A stretch of 64,000 bases of DNA from a virus, in IMG/VR virus record IMGVR_UViG_3300045988_115142; one strand, given 5' to 3'. The position numbers and the translations under genes are program-made. Positions 7,758 to 16,480 of the stretch are shown piece after piece (position 1 is the stretch's first letter; each line of letters starts with the position of its first letter). The notes beneath the pieces were generated by a model. It was not told where the DNA came from. It saw only the letters and a program-made list of their open reading frames with translations, and searched no databases.

Positions 7758-9608
7758 ATGGCAGAAACTATCCGTGAAAGACAGCGTCGTAGAACCAGTA
7801 AGTATGGTACAAAAAGAAACCAAACAGTACGTTTGAATGTAAATTACAACATCCAAATGTTTACTAAGTTCTGTGAATACGCGTTGAGCGAAAATCAAAT
7901 GATTGGAGTTACTGGTCTTGAAAACTTATTGAAAGTATTAAAGGCTAGTGAAGTAAAACACTTCAGCGAAAACGAATCTATGATGCTCAGATATCTATTT
8001 GCTATAGATGCTATTGAGCTTAGATTAAGATACGGGTCTACAATTGGTCGTGATTTATTATTAACCACAATTTGTGGATTGGTTGGTAATAAATATGAAA
8101 ATTTAGATATTCCATCTTTCCAAGAACTTTCTGATGGTGAAGTTAAATGGGTAGAAGATGTTGTTACAAATATCTTAGATACTCAAACTGTAAATAAAAC
8201 TATCGAAAGTTTGAATCTATCCATCGCGGATTATATAAACGGAAGTCCTGAAAATTATTTCGAAAATGCAATGCGTATTAAAGAAATAATTAATGGTGCA
8301 TCTACTCAATTCAATGAAAACTATATTGATACAAATACAGATGAAACAGACTTCTTGTTATCTAATCCAAGAGGACCATTAGATTTAATCATCAATCGTA
8401 AGAAACAACCTTCTTACAAATTGAAAACTGGTATGCATCGGTTTAATGACATTCTTTCTGGCGGTTTCGAAGGTTCTCGTGTTTATTGTTTATTTGGTTT
8501 ACCAGGTGAAGGTAAAACGACAACCTTACTTAATATCTTCTATCAAATTAAGAAGTATAATACAAACTTCAAATGCAAAGATAAAACTAAGAAACCTCTC
8601 TTGTTATTCTTCACAATGGAAAATACAATGAGAGAAGCCGTTGATTCTTTATATACTATCTCTTGCGGTACAGACAAAGATATGGCTGAGTTCACAACAG
8701 ACCAAGTATTAGAACAACTAGCTGAAGAAGGAATGGTAGTTAATGAATCCTCTCCAATTAATATGGCGATTCGTTATAAACCAATCAATTCTGTTGACGT
8801 AAGTTATTTACATCAAATGACAGAAGATTTTGCTAATAGAGGATATGAAGTCATTGGGGTATTATTCGACTATATTAAACGTATTAAACCAATTGATAAT
8901 TATCAAATGGAAGAACGTTTTAAATTAGGTGCAGTAATCAATGACTTGAAAAACTTTGCGAATAGATTTGATATTCCAGTAATCACCGCATCACAAATTA
9001 ACCGTGAGGGTGCTAAAACTGTAGATGAAATTCGTAATAATTCTAAGAAAGATGTTACCGATGGTATCGGTCGTGCTAATATCGGTGAGTCTAGTCTTAT
9101 CGATGAAAACGTAGATGCTACTATCTTTATCGTTCCACAATGGGTCGGTGAAGAAAAGTATATGGGTTTCAAAGTAACTAAGACTCGTTATAAATGCACA
9201 GCAACTGATAGGACTTTCTTCCAACCATTTGACAAAACTAATACTATTAAATTAGTAGAAGATTCTAGACTTGCTTCACCATTGAGTGTACTTAACCTTA
9301 GTGGTAGTAAGAAAGATATTATGAACGGAGCTCCATCAGAAATGTATCGCTTTGATGGTAGTGTAAAATTACCAGAAAGAGAAAATAAATTACTGACAGA
9401 GCCAAGTCCGTTTATGGGTTTAGATAGTGAAGATGAATTAGATATTATACCACAACCTACAGTAGTTCGTAATGAACCAAAAGAGGAAATAGTGGTTGAT
9501 GAATCTGAATTATTACACCCATTCAGTATGATAGAAGAGCCATTGTATGTAATGGATGATATGGATATGAGTAATGGTGAGATTAAAGTAATCTCATTCC
9601 TTGCTTAA
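7758..9608 (+). CDS. DnaB/T4 gp41-like replicative helicase (RecA-fold ATPase)
   Basis: Walker A GLPGEGKTT, Walker B-like GVLFDYI, and a DnaB-type ITASQINREGAK motif. Start chosen at ATG 7758 (MAETIRE...); the track start 7737 is TTG. Confidence 0.75.
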   Translation: MAETIRERQRRRTSKYGTKRNQTVRLNVNYNIQMFTKFCEYALSENQMIGVTGLENLLKVLKASEVKHFSENESMMLRYLFAIDAIELRLRYGSTIGRDLLLTTICGLVGNKYENLDIPSFQELSDGEVKWVEDVVTNILDTQTVNKTIESLNLSIADYINGSPENYFENAMRIKEIINGASTQFNENYIDTNTDETDFLLSNPRGPLDLIINRKKQPSYKLKTGMHRFNDILSGGFEGSRVYCLFGLPGEGKTTTLLNIFYQIKKYNTNFKCKDKTKKPLLLFFTMENTMREAVDSLYTISCGTDKDMAEFTTDQVLEQLAEEGMVVNESSPINMAIRYKPINSVDVSYLHQMTEDFANRGYEVIGVLFDYIKRIKPIDNYQMEERFKLGAVINDLKNFANRFDIPVITASQINREGAKTVDEIRNNSKKDVTDGIGRANIGESSLIDENVDATIFIVPQWVGEEKYMGFKVTKTRYKCTATDRTFFQPFDKTNTIKLVEDSRLASPLSVLNLSGSKKDIMNGAPSEMYRFDGSVKLPERENKLLTEPSPFMGLDSEDELDIIPQPTVVRNEPKEEIVVDESELLHPFSMIEEPLYVMDDMDMSNGEIKVISFLA

Positions 9609-9644
9609 TATAAATTATATTTTTAAAAATCAGGAGGATTACCC

Positions 9645-9965
9645 ATGATTACAGCACAAGATGCATTTAACATCATCACAGAATTCAAAAACTATTCTGA
9701 TACAGCAACAGCTTTCATTCAAGCTATGAATGAAGAGATTGTATCATTGATTGAAAATGCTAAGACTCAAAAAGAGCAAATATTTGAGTACAGCAAATTA
9801 GCTGTACTCAAAAAGAAAGACCTAGAAGATATTATTGGCTATTACGAATTACTTGGTTATGAAGTTGTAGTTAAAGGTTCTGGGACTAATCTATACGGTG
9901 ATAGAGTAGACGTTAGATTTATCGTTAAATGGGATAAGAATGAATCTACAGATGTGAATGCTTAG
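9645..9965 (+). CDS. hypothetical protein
   Basis: 106-aa ORF with AGGAGGA SD. Its 3' end overlaps the convergent gene 9946..10395 by 20 nt. Confidence 0.7.
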   Translation: MITAQDAFNIITEFKNYSDTATAFIQAMNEEIVSLIENAKTQKEQIFEYSKLAVLKKKDLEDIIGYYELLGYEVVVKGSGTNLYGDRVDVRFIVKWDKNESTDVNA

Positions 9966-10395
9966 CATTATACTTCTCTAGATTAATTCTTTCAGATGTA
10001 TTGATCTTAGAAATCATATCCATTAGAGTACTTCTACGAAGTAATCTAATTTTATGAATATCTCTAAACTCTCTGACATCAATCATGTCATTAAGCATCA
10101 AGATAATGAAGTATAAATCTGTACTTCCATAAATATCTAGTGCTAGGTGTTTAGGATTATATCTATATTTTAACTGCTCCTCAAGGCTTAGAGTACATTC
10201 GATTGTTTCTTCCTTGAGTTCTTCTATATAATCCCTCAAAATATTTCGTACCACGAAATTAATACTTCCCAATTTCTCCATATAGCAGAAATCAACATAC
10301 CGATTTTCGGCATGGGTTTTACCAGCAGTAACAAATTCGGATAACGTATGGGCATTTTCGGGAGCAGTTAAATTAGAGTAATCATAATACGACAT
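9946..10395 (-). CDS. hypothetical protein
   Basis: 149-aa ORF with GGAGGTG SD and a TAATG overlap with the upstream minus-strand gene. Confidence 0.65.
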   Translation of the reverse strand: MSYYDYSNLTAPENAHTLSEFVTAGKTHAENRYVDFCYMEKLGSINFVVRNILRDYIEELKEETIECTLSLEEQLKYRYNPKHLALDIYGSTDLYFIILMLNDMIDVREFRDIHKIRLLRRSTLMDMISKINTSERINLEKYNAKHSHL

Positions 10396-10730
10396 TAGTA
10401 GTCACCTCCAACGATGATAGGATTCTTGATATCACCAGAAGAGAACGATACTAAGAAACGAGTCCCTGGTGGGATAAATTTAACAGGAAATCTTCTTGAG
10501 ATTTCATAAGGTACATCAATTGTGATTACAGCTGATGTATTGGCACTGCCTAAAGGTAGATGGTCGGTTTCTTTATTCAAAAGATTACCACCTTGGTTTT
10601 CAGTCTTCTCTATTTGATTAGAGTTTTCTTTGAGACCAACTAAGCTTTGAATACGAAAAGTTTGTTTTCCTGGAGTGTATTTATCACAGGTTGTTAGTAA
10701 TACAGCAATATATGTATCATTATAAGCCAT
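10395..10730 (-). CDS. hypothetical protein (weak resemblance to gpV/gp5-type OB-fold baseplate spike)
   Basis: 111-aa ORF with AAGGAGG SD. The C-terminal PPGTRFLVSFSSGDIKNPIIVGG resembles the vGd.V.v.F..GD...P.i.G motif of spike OB domains. This is a weak, memory-based match. Confidence 0.55.
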   Translation of the reverse strand: MAYNDTYIAVLLTTCDKYTPGKQTFRIQSLVGLKENSNQIEKTENQGGNLLNKETDHLPLGSANTSAVITIDVPYEISRRFPVKFIPPGTRFLVSFSSGDIKNPIIVGGDY

Positions 10731-10765
10731 CTAAATTTACCTCCTTAGATAAAATAGAACTTGGG

Positions 10766-10782
10766 TATATAATATAAATATG
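10766..10782 (+). promoter_or_regulatory. TATATAATAT-N4-ATG motif copy
   Basis: TATATAATATAAATATG, then AATAAG. Lies in the divergent intergenic region, 54 nt upstream of ATG 10836, and overlaps hairpin 10774-10808. Confidence 0.4.
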
Positions 10783-10835
10783 AATAAGTAATTTCTTATT
10801 ATATTTATGTGAATGATTTAAAGAAGGAGTTCCAA

Positions 10836-11468
10836 ATGCCTCGTATAACCAAGAAAGAGTTAGCTAAACAGCAACGATATTATGAGACTATGAATCATAA
10901 TGCTGAGTTATTCTCAGATCGTATGATTCAACGATTGGGTCTTATCCCATTTATTAATGATAATCTCCTATGTTCCGAGGAGTCTTTAGAGAATAATGAG
11001 TTATTATACTTCACATATGATGGTAATAAATACATCGACTATGGAATGTATAATAGACTAAAGGAACAAGCTGTTATGGCTACTGGAGATCCAGAAGCTG
11101 TACCAGAATTGCCATTAGGGATTAAACTATTTGATCCATATAATGATATTAAACTTTGTATCAACTGTGTTTGTTGGTTCCTTGAAGTAAACCTTAACAA
11201 AGACACAGATAGAATCTTATTCCTGAATGTAACAAATGCTAAGATGAATGATCTTGGTCATGCTACGATCAAATTCGATAATATGTATGAATTATCTGGT
11301 AATGAATATCATCGTGATTGTATCAAATATCTAGATTTGATTTATAAGATCGATGATGCTAATGTCTTTGAATATAGAGACTTATCTAAATTGGATATTG
11401 GTACTTATGAAGAATTTGAACAACCAGAAAACCCAGATGGGTTGATTACTGTATTCAGAAAAATTTAA
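10836..11468 (+). CDS. hypothetical protein
   Basis: Track frame 10809..11468. ATG 10836 (MPRITKK...) has GAAGGAG 6 nt upstream. Confidence 0.7.
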   Translation: MPRITKKELAKQQRYYETMNHNAELFSDRMIQRLGLIPFINDNLLCSEESLENNELLYFTYDGNKYIDYGMYNRLKEQAVMATGDPEAVPELPLGIKLFDPYNDIKLCINCVCWFLEVNLNKDTDRILFLNVTNAKMNDLGHATIKFDNMYELSGNEYHRDCIKYLDLIYKIDDANVFEYRDLSKLDIGTYEEFEQPENPDGLITVFRKI

Positions 11469-11481
11469 TTTGGAGATAATT

Positions 11482-12666
11482 ATGATAGAATTAAGTCAAG
11501 AACAAGAAAGAGTTGTTCAAGCCGCCGTTGATTTTTATCATAATTCATCAGAACAAGTATTTCAATATTCTGGCAAAGCCGGAACAGGTAAATCTGTTGT
11601 TATGATGGAGATAATTCGACGTCTAGGCTTAATGCCAGAAGAGGTTGCACCTATGGCATATATAGGTGCCGCCGCTATCGTTCTTAGAACTAAAGGGTTA
11701 ATGAATGCTAAGACAATTCATTCATGGCTCTTTGAACCTAAGTGGGAATATGATTATGATAATATAGACCCATATTTCAATAGACCAAAAAGAAGATTGG
11801 TATTTGTACCAACTCCTCTTATTGGTAAGAAGTTGATATGTATAGATGAAGCAGGTTCTGTTCCATATTCTCTTAAGAAAGAAATAGAATCTCGTGGAAT
11901 TAAGATTATTGCCGCAGGAGATTTAAACCAATTACCTCCTGTAGCAGATAGACCAGCATACTTATATGATGGTAAGGTTCATGTGCTCAATACTATTATG
12001 AGACAAGCTCAAAGTTCAGCGATTGTGTATCTTGCAGACCGTATTTTAAATAATCAACCAATCCATCGTGGATTGTATGGTGATGTAAACGTAATCTATG
12101 AAGATGAATTACATCCAGATATGTTTAAAGTAGCAGATATTGTAATCTGTGGTCGTAATAAAACAAGAGAACGTTATAATCGTTTTATGAGAGAGCTCTG
12201 TGGTATAGATCCTATGCTTAAGATACCAGCTTATGGTGAACAATTGATTTGTCGTAAGAATAACTGGTTAAGATCTGAGCATGGTATCAGTCTAGCTAAT
12301 GGTTTAACCGGTAGAGTAATCAATGAACCGTCTGTGTTGGGAGTATCTTCTGATAGTTTCCATATAGACTTTATGCCAAATCTATTCCCATCTGTATTTA
12401 GAGACTTGAAATGTGATTTCAAATACTTTAACGCCGCTTATGAAGATAAAGACATGTTTAAGAGTGGTCATTATCGTCCAGCTGGTGAATTATTTGAATT
12501 AGGTTATGCTATCACTACTCATATCTCCCAAGGTTCTCAGTTCATGAACGGTATTTATATTTCTGAATACATGAATAAGAATATCAATAGAAACTTAGAT
12601 TATGTAGGTATTACTCGATTCAGTAATACTTGCATCTATGTATTAAAATCGAAGAAGTTCTATTAG
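11482..12666 (+). CDS. SF1B DNA helicase (Dda/RecD-like)
   Basis: Motifs GKAGTGKS (Walker A), IDEAGSV, AAGDLNQLPPV, AITTHISQGSQF, YVGITR. Confidence 0.85.
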   Translation: MIELSQEQERVVQAAVDFYHNSSEQVFQYSGKAGTGKSVVMMEIIRRLGLMPEEVAPMAYIGAAAIVLRTKGLMNAKTIHSWLFEPKWEYDYDNIDPYFNRPKRRLVFVPTPLIGKKLICIDEAGSVPYSLKKEIESRGIKIIAAGDLNQLPPVADRPAYLYDGKVHVLNTIMRQAQSSAIVYLADRILNNQPIHRGLYGDVNVIYEDELHPDMFKVADIVICGRNKTRERYNRFMRELCGIDPMLKIPAYGEQLICRKNNWLRSEHGISLANGLTGRVINEPSVLGVSSDSFHIDFMPNLFPSVFRDLKCDFKYFNAAYEDKDMFKSGHYRPAGELFELGYAITTHISQGSQFMNGIYISEYMNKNINRNLDYVGITRFSNTCIYVLKSKKFY

Positions 12667-12678
12667 GGAGTGAAATAA

Positions 12679-12990
12679 GTGGAGCAGGAGAGATGTCCTA
12701 AATTTAGGAATGTTAAGAAACATAATCGTCTTAGATTTGTTCCTGAAAATGGTTGTACTGGTTGTAGGCATTACAATCAGTACTATAATGAGTGTAAATT
12801 TCCTTTCAAGGAATTGACTATAGCTAATATAGATTTCAAAAGGAATAAATCAATTCCTCCAAGAGAGACAACTGATATAAATAGCAAAAAAGAATTTATT
12901 ATAAATAATCGAGTATTATTAATCGGTGTATTTATAACCTCTTTTGTTTTAACTTATATCTGGGCATTGTTTGTATACTGGAGGGACTGA
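12679..12990 (+). CDS. small Cys-rich, C-terminally membrane-anchored protein
   Basis: GTG start 8 nt after AGGGAG. Contains CPKF...GCTGCRHY...ECKF, then a C-terminal hydrophobic helix LLIGVFITSFVLTYIWALFVYW. Confidence 0.6.
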   Translation: MEQERCPKFRNVKKHNRLRFVPENGCTGCRHYNQYYNECKFPFKELTIANIDFKRNKSIPPRETTDINSKKEFIINNRVLLIGVFITSFVLTYIWALFVYWRD

Positions 12991-12991
12991 T

Positions 12992-13078
12992 ATGTTTAAG
13001 GACGATGCTAAAGTCTTTGCCCTTAGCATAATTATATTAGGTATAATTATGGCTTTTATGATAGATATTATATGGTAG
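12992..13078 (+). CDS. 28-aa hydrophobic peptide, putative
   Basis: Hand-found ORF, MFKDDAKVFALSIIILGIIMAFMIDIIW. GGAGGGA lies 5 nt upstream. Below the ORF-track size cutoff. Confidence 0.4.
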   Translation: MFKDDAKVFALSIIILGIIMAFMIDIIW

Positions 13079-13088
13079 GAGGAAGTTA

Positions 13089-13532
13089 ATGGGTCGTAAA
13101 GTAAAACAAAGACGCCATAGGAAGTTAGATTTAACTAAAACTAATTACAAAGCAACTTCCTGTGAAGATACTACAGTCGATGTAAGTACATTGACTGAGG
13201 TCAAAGAAGCTAATAAAGAGATTATGGAAAAGAAATCCAAGAAATCTCGTAAATATGATAATAATAAAGATCTACCAGCTATTCTCGAAAGAGATGTGTG
13301 CTTCGGCTTTGTCGAGCACTCTGGTAGACCATTAGCACAGCACTTCAATTCCCAAGGAATGTGCTATTGTTGTATGTTCTATGATATCAAAAACGGTGGC
13401 GGCTGTACATATCATCATGTAGAATTAGACGACAATGGTATTTCTGGTAAGAAAGTATTGAAATACGTAGTTATGATTCAATCTATCATTATAGCTGCTC
13501 TAGTTATATTCTGTATATTGGCAGTACTATGA
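13089..13532 (+). CDS. small Cys-rich, C-terminally membrane-anchored protein
   Basis: TAGGAGGAAG SD. Contains CFGF...GMCYCCMFY...GGGCTYHH, then a C-terminal TM helix MIQSIIIAALVIFCILAVL. Confidence 0.6.
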   Translation: MGRKVKQRRHRKLDLTKTNYKATSCEDTTVDVSTLTEVKEANKEIMEKKSKKSRKYDNNKDLPAILERDVCFGFVEHSGRPLAQHFNSQGMCYCCMFYDIKNGGGCTYHHVELDDNGISGKKVLKYVVMIQSIIIAALVIFCILAVL

Positions 13533-13654
13533 AAAAGACCACATTTGTATTATTCTGGCTTTTAGTGTTTATCCTGTCCAGTGTATTCTGGACATGGATA
13601 TTCAAATCCGGATATAATAAAATTCTATACGATTATATAATATCTATATGGTAG
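13529..13654 (+). CDS. 41-aa hydrophobic peptide, putative
   Basis: Hand-found ORF, MKKTTFVLFWLLVFILSSVFWTWIF.... It has an ATGA start/stop overlap with the upstream gene. Confidence 0.4.
   Translation: MKKTTFVLFWLLVFILSSVFWTWIFKSGYNKILYDYIISIW
13634..13650 (+). promoter_or_regulatory. TATATAATAT-N4-ATG motif copy
   Basis: TATATAATATCTATATG abuts hairpin 13650-13672. Lies 63 nt upstream of ATG 13713. Confidence 0.4.
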
Positions 13655-13712
13655 GGTAATATTAACTCTACCTAAAATTATATTTTTTAATAAAGAAAGG
13701 AGTAAAACACCT

Positions 13713-14252
13713 ATGCAAAAATTAACAAGAACTGACTTTATCCAACCGTTTATATTCTTGGATGAAGAAAACAAACCTATCGTTCCTTCTGAGATCAAGA
13801 AGTATCTATTACTAATTGAATTTAGTGAATCTTCTGATACTCCAGTGGAACAAGAAAGAACCTATGCAGTAATCGAAGGTCGTGGTAATGCGGCTAAAGA
13901 GATTATTAAGAATCTACCAGATCTTTATGGTGAAGATTCTATCAATTGGTTCAAATCTATGATCATCTCTGATTCTCAAAAGATCAGTGATGGTATTTCG
14001 TTCTATTCCTTTATCAGAATGCTTTTAGAAAATAATATGCTAGCCGAATCCGACTGGAATAATATTATCTTCAATGGTTCTGATGAAGGTTTTGATTTAT
14101 CTGTATGGAATGAATTCATTCTAGATAAAGCAGAGCAAATCATTGAATTAGATCCAATCGATCCTGAATTTGGTGAAGATACATATGAAGCTCGCATCGA
14201 AGCATTCTATCGTTGGGATTTGTATGGTGATGAGGAGGAAAATAATGGCTAA
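13713..14252 (+). CDS. hypothetical acidic protein
   Basis: 179-aa ORF with AAAGGAG SD. Confidence 0.7.
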   Translation: MQKLTRTDFIQPFIFLDEENKPIVPSEIKKYLLLIEFSESSDTPVEQERTYAVIEGRGNAAKEIIKNLPDLYGEDSINWFKSMIISDSQKISDGISFYSFIRMLLENNMLAESDWNNIIFNGSDEGFDLSVWNEFILDKAEQIIELDPIDPEFGEDTYEARIEAFYRWDLYGDEEENNG

Positions 14253-14685
14253 ACCTAATAAGAAGAATAATTATGGTTCTGCATTCTTCGACCCTTTGAT
14301 TAAATCCAAAGGTGATACCTTTATGGTAATGGAACGTCCTGAACGTTTAATGAAGAAAGTACCATTATTACTTAAGGACTTAGCATATGGAAATATTACT
14401 GAAAAGTATAATAAGTATTTCACATATGACTTCGTAACTCACATCGTAATCCCAGCATTACAAACTTTGCATTTGAATGCTTTGATTCATTATAATGCAA
14501 CCAAAGAATTCTATGAGAAATATGGTGCTCAAGATATCTTTACTGTAATGCAAACAGATGGAGAACTTCTAGCTGTTTACGATATTGCATTATCCGGCTT
14601 CAACGATATGGTAGCTTCTAATGGTAATTTAGGATACTTGATTAGTATGGGTGTAAAATTAAAGCAGTATAAATTTATAATTTAA
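14245..14685 (+). CDS. hypothetical protein
   Basis: Track frame 14170..14685. ATG 14245 (MAKPNKK...) has GAGGAGGA 5 nt upstream and an ATGGCTAA overlap with the upstream stop. Confidence 0.65.
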   Translation: MAKPNKKNNYGSAFFDPLIKSKGDTFMVMERPERLMKKVPLLLKDLAYGNITEKYNKYFTYDFVTHIVIPALQTLHLNALIHYNATKEFYEKYGAQDIFTVMQTDGELLAVYDIALSGFNDMVASNGNLGYLISMGVKLKQYKFII

Positions 14686-14765
14686 TTTTTAATATCCGGC
14701 TAACAATATTGTAAGAATACTCTTATATGAGTATGATGCTATTTTTATCGCATGGAGGTGAAATA

Positions 14766-15299
14766 ATGGAAAAAGCACAAGTTATCGCTCTACGAGATGC
14801 TTTCATGAGCGTCTTGAGATATAGTGAATCTCTCAAAAAGAACATTGCTGAACCACTCTGTATTCGTTTAGATAATGATGTAATCTTAAGTGGAGCTCAC
14901 AAGCATTTCATTTGGGATGATGATAACGACATTCTATTCTATTATTCTACAAATGAAAAAGGAACAGGATTCGAACCTGCTGGTACTGGACGTAAAGTCT
15001 ATGCTGGTATGTTATCCGCATCTAACTATGACAATATTCAAGAGATGTGGACTCAATTGACCGAAGAATCCTTTGGTCAATCATTAGCAGTATTGAAAGC
15101 TAAATTCCCATCTGCTCATGGTGTTGGTGATGGTGCTAAAGTAATTCCAATCGATGACAATATCGGTGGTCTTATTAAAGCCGCTATCTTCGATCCATTG
15201 GATGTGAATAAACACTCTGCTTATCGTAACAACTATGCCAAGACTAAAAAACCATCTGAATTACCACTTGGTATGGTAAGCGAAGAGCTTAAAAAATAA
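14766..15299 (+). CDS. hypothetical protein
   Basis: Track frame 14727..15299. ATG 14766 (MEKAQV...) has GGAGGTG 5 nt upstream. Confidence 0.7.
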   Translation: MEKAQVIALRDAFMSVLRYSESLKKNIAEPLCIRLDNDVILSGAHKHFIWDDDNDILFYYSTNEKGTGFEPAGTGRKVYAGMLSASNYDNIQEMWTQLTEESFGQSLAVLKAKFPSAHGVGDGAKVIPIDDNIGGLIKAAIFDPLDVNKHSAYRNNYAKTKKPSELPLGMVSEELKK

Positions 15300-15321
15300 T
15301 ATAGTTAAAATGAATTATAAC

Positions 15322-15338
15322 TATATAATATCGTTATG
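15322..15338 (+). promoter_or_regulatory. TATATAATAT-N4-ATG motif copy
   Basis: TATATAATATCGTTATG, then AAATAAG, which forms the 5' arm of hairpin 15339-15357. Lies 69 nt upstream of ATG 15407. Confidence 0.4.
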
Positions 15339-15406
15339 AAATAAGAAAATCTTATTTTAAAAAATATTTTTATATTACACACATTTTTAGTCAGGAGGAT
15401 AAAACA

Positions 15407-16387
15407 ATGACTAACAATTACAACAACTTCAATCAACAACCTCAACAACCAATGATGGGTGGTTATGGCTATGGTATGGGTATGCAACCACAATGGCCAC
15501 AACCTATGGCAGCTCAAATGGCACCTCAAAACACGAATATGCCTATGAACAGCACATTGACTCAAGACGAAATCAACGCTCTTCGTAACCGTAATACTCG
15601 TGATATGGAAGCTTTCTTCCAACCACCAAAAGACTCTACAGAAATCGCACGTTACAAATGTAACCACCGTGATCACAATGGTCAATCTACATTAAGTGCG
15701 AATGCAGACGGCTCTTGCACATGTGGTATCTGCCATGAAACGTTTAATTATATTGAACCATCCAACGAAAATCGTAAAGAATTGTCCAACAACGTTCGCC
15801 ACGTAGTTTCCCAATTCAACGATATCTGGAATACAATGAAAGCTAACTGGGGCCCAATCTCTCCAGAATTGGCTGACAAATTGTATGTATTTGGCACGGT
15901 TATCGACCAATTGCCAAAAATGTGGGATAAATCCGCTGAATACATTTTGAACTACTATGGTTCCATGAATGTAGCTCAAGGTGGTTATGGTTACGCTAAC
16001 GATTACAACACATTGAATCGTTTGTCTGCAATCACAACTGGTGCTCCTATGTATGGTTATGGATACCCTGGTATGCAACAACAACAATGGGCTCCTCAAC
16101 CAGCTCCTCAAATGAATGGTGCATTCTGGAATGGTGGTTACCAACAACAACCTCAACCAGTAGCAGGTATGCAAATGCAACAACCTCAAGCTGGTGGCTG
16201 GGGTGCTCCTCAAAGCTACCAAGCTCCTGTAGCTCCAGCACAAGCTGCTCCTCAACAACCTGTAGCTAACCCTGCTGAAGGCATGGCTAATCCTATTGGT
16301 CAACAAGCTCCTGTAGCAGCTCCACAAGCTCAACCTGCTACAACAACAGCATCTGCGGCAGCGGCTATCCCTGGTTTTGAAAACTAG
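15407..16387 (+). CDS. low-complexity Q/P/G/M + aromatic-rich protein with a central Cys/His cluster
   Basis: AGGAGGA SD. The N-terminal ~45 aa and C-terminal ~130 aa are Q/P/G/M/A-rich with spaced Y/W/F. The middle carries CNHRDH...CTCGICH. NNC-biased codons suggest high expression. Strong terminator downstream. Confidence 0.8.
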   Translation: MTNNYNNFNQQPQQPMMGGYGYGMGMQPQWPQPMAAQMAPQNTNMPMNSTLTQDEINALRNRNTRDMEAFFQPPKDSTEIARYKCNHRDHNGQSTLSANADGSCTCGICHETFNYIEPSNENRKELSNNVRHVVSQFNDIWNTMKANWGPISPELADKLYVFGTVIDQLPKMWDKSAEYILNYYGSMNVAQGGYGYANDYNTLNRLSAITTGAPMYGYGYPGMQQQQWAPQPAPQMNGAFWNGGYQQQPQPVAGMQMQQPQAGGWGAPQSYQAPVAPAQAAPQQPVANPAEGMANPIGQQAPVAAPQAQPATTTASAAAAIPGFEN

Positions 16388-16410
16388 TAGATGAAGTTAA
16401 GATAACATTT

Positions 16411-16436
16411 GGAAGTAGAGATTATTCTCTACTTCC
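16411..16436 (+). terminator. intrinsic terminator
   Basis: GGAAGTAGAG-ATTATT-CTCTACTTCC, then TTTTTTATC. Confidence 0.8.
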
Positions 16437-16480
16437 TTTTTTATCTTTATTTTTATCTTATTTGAAAGGGTAATAAATAG

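Noticed and set aside
15305-16333. Long minus-strand ORFs (15305..15685, 15692..16333, 15748..15945, 16047..16241) and a plus-strand alternative-frame ORF (16087..16269).
   Set aside because: They lie entirely inside the Q/P-rich gene 15407..16387. Repetitive CAA/CCT/GGT codons suppress stops in other frames. They have no SD sites and odd Leu/Arg/Ser/Cys-rich compositions, so they are shadow ORFs.
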